Positions 1 through 7,534 of a stretch of DNA of 30,934 nt are shown in pieces. This DNA is from an uncultured virus (IMG/VR IMGVR_UViG_3300009152_000001). Lineage: Duplodnaviria; Heunggongvirae; Uroviricota; Caudoviricetes. The notes below the pieces were generated by a model. The model had not been told where the DNA came from. It did not search any database and was given only the letters and a program-made list of their open reading frames with translations. The number at the start of each line of letters is the position of its first letter. Position 1 is the stretch's first letter. The stretch lies in the IMG/VR virus record IMGVR_UViG_3300009152_000001; one strand, 5' to 3'. Both the position numbers and the translations under genes were made by a program.

Positions 1-7
1 GTGGGGC

Positions 8-1507
8 GTGCCCCTTACTGCCGCCTCCGCTGTCGGGGTCACCCCAGTAGCAACCGAAGTCGTGATCGTGTACTCACCAGACGGTGAACCAGACACCATC
101 GACGGGGGCGCAACCCTCGTGGAGACCACTACATCTTCCGAGTACTACCACAACCCTACCAGCGGTAAGTGGGCGTACTACACGCTATTCTTGAAGTACC
201 AAGGCTCCTCGGGTGATCTTTACTACGAACCAGCGGCCAAGTTGTCAGTCCTCGTTCCCACAAACTATGGCTCAACTGACGTTCTCTACAACCACATCCC
301 TCAGATGTACCGAGAGTACGACGTGGCCACCGACACAGGCACGGGTGGTCACCTCTATCGTTACCTGTCCATCTTTGGTTGGGACGCAGACAGGCTTCGG
401 ACCATCATCGAATACTTCATAGGTTGCCGTGATCCTCGGGTAGCAAGGACAGAAGAACTAGATCACATCGCAGACGAAATTGGTGTGCCTCTGTCCAGTG
501 TGGAACTGGGTACGTCTCGCCTACGCGCCTTCATGGACGAGATCGGTATTATTCGCAGGGCATCAGGTATAGAAACAAACCTCGCCAACGCTCTGACAGC
601 CCTCACTGGTTCTGAAGTTATTGTGGATGCGGCTACCCGCAACATCTACATAAAACCAAACCGTGTAAACCTATTCCGCGATCCGCTACTCACTAACCCA
701 GCACAGTCATCTCTTGACGGCGGATTCCCTACCACGACGGTCTTCTCAACAACGATTGACGGCGGTCTCCACAACACACGGTCTGTGCCCGCATCGGTGA
801 ACCCAGCGACTGACGGCGGGTCACCATCCTCGGTGTACGCATTCACCACCGGATACTGGTGGTTCTACCCAGACCCCACTCAGGCAAACACTACGATCTT
901 TGAGACCACCGGCACTTACCTAGCGATAGGTGCGGGTCGTATCTTCTACTTCTCAGTAGATGTTACAGGTCAAGATGTAATAAAGAAACTTAAACTGTAT
1001 TACAAGGCAGGTGGTGTTGAGGTAGAGGCAGCGTCCACTACCACTGCGACTGTAGTGGGAGGGCGCAAGTACTGGAAACTTGTTATCCCTGACACCTACA
1101 CAGGCGACCCAGATGTCTACCTACGCGCTGAGTACACGACGACCTCCGCAGAACCAACCGCACTGTTCAAAAACATCCTTCTGGAAGAGAACAACATCGG
1201 CCCCTTCTTCTACGGCGGAACTACCCGTGGTGGATGGGTGCACGGAGACATCGGGGGTTCCACCGGCAGTGTCTCTGACTACCGGTGGTACGACCCCGTG
1301 ATCCCGCCTGCCTCCCCGCTTGCGAACAACGCTTTCTCTGTCTACAGCAGTAACTACCAGAAGACCAAGTCGGTGGTTGACCGCCTACTTCCGACGTTAC
1401 TGCCGGTCACCGAGTTGGTCACCTCTGGCACGGTATACAGCAACCAGCCCTTCCTTGTAACCAAGTGGACGGTCACTTACAACTATGTGCCGGGGTATGG
1501 GTCCTGA
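8..1507 (+). CDS. Phage baseplate wedge / tail protein (P2 gpI-like domain), probably 5'-truncated by the window
   Basis: LYNHIPQMYREYD...LYRYLSIFGW..D.LR and 'LDHIADEIG...LANALTALTG' resemble the gpI/baseplate-wedge pattern; beta-rich C-terminus with DGG motifs; frame is open to the window edge. Confidence 0.65.
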   Translation: MPLTAASAVGVTPVATEVVIVYSPDGEPDTIDGGATLVETTTSSEYYHNPTSGKWAYYTLFLKYQGSSGDLYYEPAAKLSVLVPTNYGSTDVLYNHIPQMYREYDVATDTGTGGHLYRYLSIFGWDADRLRTIIEYFIGCRDPRVARTEELDHIADEIGVPLSSVELGTSRLRAFMDEIGIIRRASGIETNLANALTALTGSEVIVDAATRNIYIKPNRVNLFRDPLLTNPAQSSLDGGFPTTTVFSTTIDGGLHNTRSVPASVNPATDGGSPSSVYAFTTGYWWFYPDPTQANTTIFETTGTYLAIGAGRIFYFSVDVTGQDVIKKLKLYYKAGGVEVEAASTTTATVVGGRKYWKLVIPDTYTGDPDVYLRAEYTTTSAEPTALFKNILLEENNIGPFFYGGTTRGGWVHGDIGGSTGSVSDYRWYDPVIPPASPLANNAFSVYSSNYQKTKSVVDRLLPTLLPVTELVTSGTVYSNQPFLVTKWTVTYNYVPGYGS

Positions 1508-1519
1508 TAACATAACGCC

Positions 1520-1771
1520 ATGACGCTCCTTCTCTGCGCGCTGGCTGTGTATAAGGTTGTGCAAATCCTTGACGCCCTCACACCCAAGGAGGCGATGCCA
1601 TGGGTGAAAGTCATCGTGAGCACTCTCATATCCTTTGGGGCCGCTGCTCTGATGGGCACAGGGAACTTGATCATCTACGGGTTTGCAGTTGCAACAGTCG
1701 CCGGTAGCGTGCATACTGTTCTTCGGCTGGTCACCTTGATGGGCGACCGGAACCGCAGACCCAACCGTTAA
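1520..1771 (+). CDS. Small membrane protein, possible holin
   Basis: 83 aa with about three hydrophobic segments and a basic C-terminus (RNRRPNR), next to structural genes. Confidence 0.45.
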   Translation: MTLLLCALAVYKVVQILDALTPKEAMPWVKVIVSTLISFGAAALMGTGNLIIYGFAVATVAGSVHTVLRLVTLMGDRNRRPNR

Positions 1772-1785
1772 CCACAAGGAGAACC

Positions 1786-2472
1786 ATGTACGGTGTATTG
1801 GGACGGGGCGCAGCGCCCCAGTCTGTCATTGAAGCGTCACTCAACGACATCGGGATAACAGGAGACTTCGTACTCCCGTGGTACGGCTCAGTGGGGCGCG
1901 GCCTTGAAGTCGTCTACGACTGGATTCTTGACAACGAAGTCAAGTTCACGCTGGTGGCAGCATCCGGTGTGAAGCAGGCCCCTCGCGCTCTGCGCGACGC
2001 AGCCTCCGCATTGGAAGAAGCGTCGGACGTAAACGCACGCATCGTGGAAACTCTCCAAGAGAACGACGGCATCTCCCTCATCCTGTGGGACGCATATGAC
2101 GAGGACGCATCGGTGGCAGTTTCATCGCAGTCGATTGACCGCGGGTTGCCCACGCTGGAGTTGACCAACGGGATGGTGCCCATCATCTTTGACGTAGAGG
2201 CACCGACCACAGAAGTCGCAGAAGTGGAACCCCCGAAGACCGAAGAGCAAGAGGACATGTCGTTCGACCGGCTCACGCTGGAGAACATGCCCGCTACTGT
2301 GGTGAAGCGGCTTGCCCGTGAGAAAGGTTTCGACGCCAAGACTCGGGGAGACGCCATCGCGTTCTTGTTGGGCGAGGAAACTAATGACCACGCCCCCGCT
2401 GCCTCAACCGAAGAAAAGACAATCGTGAGCGTGGTCATCGCGTTCTCAGACGGCTCAGTCGTCAGGTACTGA
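1786..2472 (+). CDS. Hypothetical protein; alpha/beta N-terminus, acidic linker, possible Rho-N/HeH-like motif near the C-terminus
   Basis: AGGAG RBS; LENMPATVVKRLAREKGF..TRGDAIAFLL resembles a helix-extension-helix motif. Confidence 0.5.
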   Translation: MYGVLGRGAAPQSVIEASLNDIGITGDFVLPWYGSVGRGLEVVYDWILDNEVKFTLVAASGVKQAPRALRDAASALEEASDVNARIVETLQENDGISLILWDAYDEDASVAVSSQSIDRGLPTLELTNGMVPIIFDVEAPTTEVAEVEPPKTEEQEDMSFDRLTLENMPATVVKRLAREKGFDAKTRGDAIAFLLGEETNDHAPAASTEEKTIVSVVIAFSDGSVVRY

Positions 2473-2479
2473 CGTACCG

Positions 2480-2552
2480 GCCCCCGTAGTTCAGTGGTTA
2501 GAACAGTTGTCTTATCAACAACGTGTCGTGGGTTCAATTCCTACCGGGGGTA
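2480..2552 (+). tRNA. tRNA-Ile (anticodon UAU), C at position 37, CCA not encoded
   Basis: Cloverleaf: acceptor GCCCCCG/CGGGGGT, D arm GTTC-AGTGGTTA-GAAC, anticodon arm GTTGT-CTTATCA-ACAAC, T arm GTGGG-TTCAATT-CCTAC, discriminator A then CTA. Confidence 0.9.
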
Positions 2553-2577
2553 CTAACTAGACCCATCAGGAATGGCT

Positions 2578-2697
2578 TCAACGCTTCTTAGCGGGAGCCT
2601 TCTTCTTAGCGGGAGCCGCCTTGGCACCCTTCTTCGGACCCTTGCCGTAGCCGGGTTCCTTGGGATTGGTCATACCGCAACCACATTCCTTGCACAT
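2578..2697 (-). CDS. 39-aa Lys/Ala/Pro-rich protein with N-terminal CxxCGC (not in ORF track)
   Basis: Translated by hand: MCKECGCGMTNPKEPGYGKGPKKGAKAAPAKKKAPAKKR; AGGAG RBS upstream. Confidence 0.75.
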   Translation of the reverse strand: MCKECGCGMTNPKEPGYGKGPKKGAKAAPAKKKAPAKKR

Positions 2698-2705
2698 GAT
2701 GTCTC

Positions 2706-2816
2706 CTATCTATGTTTGCTGACTTTGCTGGCGATCTTAGCAGGTTGGGGGACAAACTGCTTGCCCTTCTTGTTACCCTCTGCCTTGGCTCGGTTAGTGG
2801 CTGACTTCTCAGCCAT
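2706..2816 (-). CDS. 36-aa basic protein (not in ORF track)
   Basis: MAEKSATNRAKAEGNKKGKQFVPQPAKIASKVSKHR; starts 1 nt after the upstream stop and tiles the operon. Confidence 0.7.
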   Translation of the reverse strand: MAEKSATNRAKAEGNKKGKQFVPQPAKIASKVSKHR

Positions 2817-2817
2817 G

Positions 2818-3093
2818 TCAGCAGTCCCACGCACGCAATGATTTGTTGATACGGCTGTTGGGGTCGTTGGCGGTCTTGGAAGAAGTGTTCTTCTTCTTCA
2901 TGCCTTCCATTCGGGCGCAGAAGGACTCACGGCGAGCGGCGCTCTTCTTCGACTTAGCAGCCTCTTCCTTCTTCACAGGAGGCTTAAGGTTGCTACCGGG
3001 GTGTTCCTTTTCATAGGACTTGCGTCCCTTCTCGTTCAGACCCCCCTTGGAGTTCTTTCCCTCACTACGTTGCCATGCTGCTGACTTAGCCAT
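2818..3093 (-). CDS. Small basic phage protein (DUF6321-like)
   Basis: AWQRSEGKN..GGLNEKGRKSY...RRESFCARMEG...SRINKSLRAWDC pattern; AGGAG RBS. Confidence 0.7.
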   Translation of the reverse strand: MAKSAAWQRSEGKNSKGGLNEKGRKSYEKEHPGSNLKPPVKKEEAAKSKKSAARRESFCARMEGMKKKNTSSKTANDPNSRINKSLRAWDC

Positions 3094-3102
3094 GATGTTC
3101 TC

Positions 3103-3537
3103 CTACTTGGTTGATGCGCGCAGTTGCCATGACCACTTCTGGTGCATGTCGATACGCTCTGCTATGAAGTTTGCTATGCCCTGCTGGTTCTCTTTGGTAG
3201 CCACAGCGAAGGCATCGTTCAGTTGCTTCAGTAGGGCTTCGTTGGTTTTCAGCAGTTCCTTGGCCATCGCCTTCGGGTTTGGCTCAACATCCTTGAAGTC
3301 GATGGTGCGCTCGTCAATGAACCGTTGGAGGGTCAGTGGCGCGTAGTCGTTGAGTTTCCGGACGTTCTCGGCAATGGGGTCGATGCTCCCGTACACGTCC
3401 TCGTAGACGGACTCAAATAGGCTGTGATACTGCGAGAAGTCCTGCCCTTCCACGTTCCAATGATAACCATGTGCTTGGAAGTACATGGTGACAACATCTC
3501 CGAGGAGAGACTTGAGGGTCTTGGGTAGTTCCGCCAT
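3103..3537 (-). CDS. dps: Dps family DNA-protecting ferritin-like protein
   Basis: HGYHWNVEG..F...H.LFE..Y...D.IAE ferroxidase signature; C-terminal HQKWSWQL. Confidence 0.95.
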   Translation of the reverse strand: MAELPKTLKSLLGDVVTMYFQAHGYHWNVEGQDFSQYHSLFESVYEDVYGSIDPIAENVRKLNDYAPLTLQRFIDERTIDFKDVEPNPKAMAKELLKTNEALLKQLNDAFAVATKENQQGIANFIAERIDMHQKWSWQLRASTK

Positions 3538-3548
3538 TGGTGTCCTTA

Positions 3549-3606
3549 CAAAGTAAAACCGGAGAGTGTAATGACTAGTTTACCAGTCACACACCCTCCG
3601 GTTTTA
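3549..3606 (-). terminator. Long hairpin with U-tract (intrinsic terminator or attenuator) immediately upstream of the dps RBS
   Basis: TAAAACCGGAGAGTGT (3554-3569) pairs with ACACCCTCCGGTTTTA (3591-3606), one G.U on the minus strand, inner TGACT/AGTCA; minus strand ends TTTTACTTTG. Confidence 0.65.
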
Positions 3607-3649
3607 ACCCTGACGCCCGAGGGAGAACCACCAACCAACGGGCACCCAT

Positions 3650-3678
3650 ATCTTACAGGTCGACGCCAACGGGCACAA
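3650..3678 (-). promoter_or_regulatory. Leftward sigma70-type promoter toward the dps unit
   Basis: Minus strand TTGTGC-17 nt-TAAGAT; direct repeat CCAACGGGCAC at 3635-3645 and 3666-3676. Confidence 0.5.
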
Positions 3679-3692
3679 CCTTGGTGGGGTAC

Positions 3693-3721
3693 TTGCGGCC
3701 AGAAAGGTCTGGGTGTATGGT
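3693..3721 (+). promoter_or_regulatory. Rightward sigma70-type promoter of the replication operon
   Basis: TTGCGG-17 nt-TATGGT, 9 nt before ATG 3731, no Shine-Dalgarno. Confidence 0.45.
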
Positions 3722-3730
3722 GCGCCCCCC

Positions 3731-4990
3731 ATGCGTAGAACCACCGCATTCTCGGGGCCGTTCTTGGCCCTACCCCTGTGGGCCGTCGACCAGATGCTCA
3801 CCAGCGGAGAACACCAACACCTCCCAGTCTTGACGGCCCTCGTTGCGTTGTGTGATGTACACGACCACACCTGCCAGAAGACGGTGGGGGAGATTGCCAT
3901 GCGCGCCGCGGTGTCAGAACGAACCGCCCAAAGGTCTCTTCGGTGGCTGTCTGACAACGGTGTCGTCAGCGTTTCCAAGGACTCTGGCAGGGCTGTACCC
4001 GTGTACAAGGTTCACTACTCCGACGTGACAAAGGTCACACCAAGGGTGACAGCGGTGACACCCTTGAGGGTGACACGTATGTCACCCTTGCCGAGGCGTA
4101 TCATGAAGTCAAGGGTGACACCGGTGTCACCCTCAAACACCCCGCAAACCCTTATCCCACAAGGGAATCCTGAGTTTCCTATAGAAGTATGGGCCAGTAC
4201 TACTGTGGTAGGTACTAAAGAAGTGGGAGGTATAGGGACCTACGGTCCCTGCGCGAGCGCCCCGGAGGCAACGATGATTTTGGGTGCAGACCCTCACGAA
4301 GAGCGACCAGCACCACCGGCTAAGAAGCCCTCGGATGTGAATGCCTTGGTGAGCCACTTCGTCAACCACCCTCAGGTGGTCATGTCCCGTTCATACCCCT
4401 CGTCGGAGGTTGCGATGCTCAGGAAGTCGATGAAACTGCTGTTGGCCGGTGGCCTTGATCGTAAGACCATCATATCCATGATAGATAAGTTCTACTCCAC
4501 GGATAGATTCAGAGAGTCAGAAAGAGCAGCCTTTCTCTTCTCAAATAAGAAACTACAGAGCGAATTGCTTGCATCAATAGGTGGGGTAGTCGCCACGGAT
4601 GACCCCCTGCTGGAACTCATGCTCACAGATTTTGTGCGAGAGACTGTTGACCTCCCATGGTCGGCGGTGTACGATGCCGATCTTCGCAAGGCCGTGGTAA
4701 GCCGTGGGCTTGACGCCTGCTTCCGGTATCCGGAACTGGTAGCGTCACTTGCCTACGCCTTCCCCGGCGACTTCCGCAACGACACGTTCATTTCAGCACT
4801 CACTGCACTCAACGACCTAGTAATCGCAACTGCACTCAACGACAAAACTGCAAAGCACTTAGTAGATTCAATCCCCATTGACTTGCCAAAAGAACTCCGC
4901 ACTATCAATTCTAAAGCGCTTCGGGAACAGGCTGGTACAATTGCTGAGGCGGTGTACCGCTACCAAAGGGGTTCCAATGTCCTACGATGA
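3731..4990 (+). CDS. Replication initiator-like protein with N-terminal winged HTH
   Basis: TVGEIAMRAAVSERTAQRSLRWLSDNGVV HTH; internal palindromic repeats; upstream of dnaC-like, dnaB and primase genes. Confidence 0.75.
   Translation: MRRTTAFSGPFLALPLWAVDQMLTSGEHQHLPVLTALVALCDVHDHTCQKTVGEIAMRAAVSERTAQRSLRWLSDNGVVSVSKDSGRAVPVYKVHYSDVTKVTPRVTAVTPLRVTRMSPLPRRIMKSRVTPVSPSNTPQTLIPQGNPEFPIEVWASTTVVGTKEVGGIGTYGPCASAPEATMILGADPHEERPAPPAKKPSDVNALVSHFVNHPQVVMSRSYPSSEVAMLRKSMKLLLAGGLDRKTIISMIDKFYSTDRFRESERAAFLFSNKKLQSELLASIGGVVATDDPLLELMLTDFVRETVDLPWSAVYDADLRKAVVSRGLDACFRYPELVASLAYAFPGDFRNDTFISALTALNDLVIATALNDKTAKHLVDSIPIDLPKELRTINSKALREQAGTIAEAVYRYQRGSNVLR
4025..4133. repeat. Palindromic iteron array, candidate replication origin
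   Basis: AGGGTGACA-N4-TG(T/A)CACCCT at 4043-4064, 4067-4088 and 4112-4133, plus degenerate GTGAC-AAAG-GTCAC at 4025-4038. Confidence 0.8.
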
Positions 4991-5273
4991 CTTCGATGAC
5001 GACGAACTTGAAACAGATTCATTTCTCATGCTTGGATTTTCCGGTGTAGACAGCCTACTCAGTTTCATCCACTGGGTATATGAGACTTTCGATACCGATG
5101 AAGAGTTCACAGAGTGGTTTAACACCAACATGAACAAGACGAAGGTGAACATCTCATCGCCGCCGAAGACCTCCCTGACCTACGAAGAGAATGACACTTT
5201 CTGGAACATCGTTTCCAAAGAGTTTAAGAACCACAAAGAGGGACCACATGACAACCTATCCGGTGCCGACTGA
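4977..5273 (+). CDS. Acidic hypothetical protein
   Basis: MSYDDFDDDELETDSF...; overlaps both neighbours in operon fashion. Confidence 0.65.
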   Translation: MSYDDFDDDELETDSFLMLGFSGVDSLLSFIHWVYETFDTDEEFTEWFNTNMNKTKVNISSPPKTSLTYEENDTFWNIVSKEFKNHKEGPHDNLSGAD

Positions 5274-5832
5274 CTGGAAGTCTGCGAAATGGTGGCAGAA
5301 CCGTCCTCCTGAGGAACGTGTATTCCACGCCCGCATACCCCAGCGGTACAACAAGGCGCACGGGGAGGAACCCCCGACCGCCATTCAGGAGTGGGTAGAA
5401 GCGTTCACCCCCGGTGCAAGCCTGCTCATCACGGGTCGCTCCGGTACTGGCAAGACTGACCTAGCCGCCAGAGTGCTTCGCCGGTTGCTGGAGCAGCACA
5501 AACTGTCGGGCAGGTTCTGCACCGCAGATGGTTACGTTGAGATGCTGAAAGACCAGTTCGACAACGACAACCTGCTGCCCGAGATGTATTCCACCCCGTA
5601 CTTGGTGAAGTACATACAGGGCGTGTACGACATCGTTGTCCTTGATGGTCTGGGGCAAGAGCGTGAGACAGAGTTCGCCACCCATGAACTTGGGTCGTTG
5701 CTTCGGCGGCGATACAACGACATGCACACTCTCATTGTCACTACCTCGTTGAGCGTGATCGACTTCAACCGACGCTACGGCAGTCGTGTGGAAGCGGCCG
5801 TCGATGAGATGACCGTGTATCGGACACGCTGA
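5248..5832 (+). CDS. DnaC/IstB-like AAA+ helicase loader
   Basis: ARIPQRY N-terminus, Walker A GRSGTGKT, Walker B IVVLDGLG, RY...LIVTTS, RYGSRV. Confidence 0.85.
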   Translation: MTTYPVPTDWKSAKWWQNRPPEERVFHARIPQRYNKAHGEEPPTAIQEWVEAFTPGASLLITGRSGTGKTDLAARVLRRLLEQHKLSGRFCTADGYVEMLKDQFDNDNLLPEMYSTPYLVKYIQGVYDIVVLDGLGQERETEFATHELGSLLRRRYNDMHTLIVTTSLSVIDFNRRYGSRVEAAVDEMTVYRTR

Positions 5833-6275
5833 TGGAACGTGGCGATATCGGTGCGTTTACCACCCTGTCTCAGGCGTGCGTCTTTGAGGGGCTGCTAGCC
5901 CAGCCTCCGACCAATCTCCGTGGAAAGGTTCTGGAAAGAATCAAACTCGGGGCGAAGGATTGGGATGCTGCTCTGAAACTGTGGAAGCCCTTTGAACTCC
6001 CGGTCAAGACCCTCATCGACAATGTCGATAGGTTAGGCATATCGACTAAGGTCATAACCTTTCTCGCTGATGATGCAGTCGACCCCATCTACCGCTGGCT
6101 TCTCCGCAAGGGAGTGTCCACCACGGTGGAGTTCTATCCATCGGTGGAGGTCTTCGTGGAAGACCTCAAGTTCGACCGCTCCATCCGTAACGTGTACGTG
6201 CCCACCGAAGACCTGTACCGACGCATCGGAATCCGAGCGTCAGTGGTCAACCCCGACGTATCTTGGAGAGTCTGA
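5832..6275 (+). CDS. Hypothetical protein, possible degenerate HAD-like fold
   Basis: CVFEGLL in place of DxDGxL, KVITF, RWLLRKGV pattern; coupled to both neighbours by TGATG overlaps. Confidence 0.5.
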   Translation: MERGDIGAFTTLSQACVFEGLLAQPPTNLRGKVLERIKLGAKDWDAALKLWKPFELPVKTLIDNVDRLGISTKVITFLADDAVDPIYRWLLRKGVSTTVEFYPSVEVFVEDLKFDRSIRNVYVPTEDLYRRIGIRASVVNPDVSWRV

Positions 6276-7534
6276 TGGCCTCAAGCGAGTTGTACCTCAT
6301 CTCCAAAGTAATCCACGACCACGACATCACCGTGCCTGTGCGTTCGGGCTTGAAGCCCGACCACATGGTGGGCGAGTGGGTTGGCGTCTGGCAATGGCTG
6401 GTTGACTTCAACCGGAAGCACGGGTCGGTCCCCTCCGAACGAGTGTTCGCTCAGGAGTACGGGGACATCCAACTCTACGACGAACGTGACTGCGCCAACG
6501 AGACCTACACACGGCTCCTTGACGAGGTGTTCGGGGCGTACAGGAAGCGGTGTCTGCTTGATGCCCTCCAGCCTGCTATCCAGCACCTCAACGCCGACGA
6601 CATCGACACGGCGTTCACCACGCTCACGGCTGGTATCCAAAAGGCGGCGGTCGAAGCAGCACGGCTTCGTGACGTTGACATTATCCAGAACTGGGAATCC
6701 CGTATCAGCCGGTACGAGGAGATGCGCAACACTCCCAACGCCTTGCGCGGTATCCCCACAGGTTTCGCAGGATTAGATCGCATTACGCAAGGTATGCGGC
6801 CCCAGCAGTTCATCGTGTTCGCGGGCGAACCAAAACGCGGCAAGTCGTTGTTCGCTCTCATCCTCGCCAACAGCGCACACGTTCACGGCAAGCGGCCCCT
6901 GTTCGTGTCCTTTGAGATGAGCATCGAAGAACAGGAAGCCCGTTACGACGCACTCATCGCCAAGGTTCCCTACGGGCGCATCCTGTCGGGCGACCTGAAC
7001 AACGCAGAGATGCAGCGCATCCGTAAGGCGCTCTCCCTCCGCAAGAACATGCAACCGTTTGTGTTCACCGAGGATGCCTCGTCGCTCACCACCATCAGCG
7101 CACTAGGCAGCAAGGTGCAGGAGTTCCAACCCGACGTGTTGTTCGTGGATGGTGTGTATCTGATGGACGACGAAGAGGGAGAACCGAAAGGCTCTCCGCA
7201 GGCGCTCACCAACATCACACGTGCTCTCAAACGGTTAGCCCAACGGTTCGATATTCCAGTTGTTGCCACGACTCAAGTACTGTCGTGGAAACTGAACAAC
7301 AAGAAGACCCGAGCGGTTACCGCCGACGCTATTGGGTACACCAGTTCGTTCGCACAGGACGCTGACCTCATCCTTGGTGTGGAGCGCAACCCTGACATTG
7401 ACGATCAGGCCATCATCCGAGTGGTCATCGCCCGCAGTTCACCGACAGGTGAGGTGCATGTGAAGTGGGACTGGCAGACCATGGAGTTTGAGGAAGTGTT
7501 CGATGACGGCTACTCCGACCCCTCGTTCGACTGA
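6275..7534 (+). CDS. dnaB: DnaB-like replicative helicase
   Basis: GIPTGFAGLD, Walker A GEPKRGKS, SFEM, LFVDGVYLM, LKRLAQRFDIPVV, QDADLIL. Confidence 0.93.
   Translation: MASSELYLISKVIHDHDITVPVRSGLKPDHMVGEWVGVWQWLVDFNRKHGSVPSERVFAQEYGDIQLYDERDCANETYTRLLDEVFGAYRKRCLLDALQPAIQHLNADDIDTAFTTLTAGIQKAAVEAARLRDVDIIQNWESRISRYEEMRNTPNALRGIPTGFAGLDRITQGMRPQQFIVFAGEPKRGKSLFALILANSAHVHGKRPLFVSFEMSIEEQEARYDALIAKVPYGRILSGDLNNAEMQRIRKALSLRKNMQPFVFTEDASSLTTISALGSKVQEFQPDVLFVDGVYLMDDEEGEPKGSPQALTNITRALKRLAQRFDIPVVATTQVLSWKLNNKKTRAVTADAIGYTSSFAQDADLILGVERNPDIDDQAIIRVVIARSSPTGEVHVKWDWQTMEFEEVFDDGYSDPSFD

Noticed and set aside
2506..2522. Ochre (UUA) suppressor reading of the tRNA, or stop-codon reassignment
   Set aside because: The canonical 5-bp stem and 7-nt loop place UAU at 34-36; conserved genes end normally at TAA, TAG and TGA
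1914..2537. 207-aa minus-strand ORF and similar antisense ORFs across the window
   Set aside because: Antisense to well-supported genes (and here overlapping the tRNA); expected in GC-rich DNA
2572..2841. Hydrophobic 89-aa plus-strand ORF and the 74-aa minus-strand ORF 2606..2830
   Set aside because: Shadows of two short Lys-rich minus-strand genes that tile the operon
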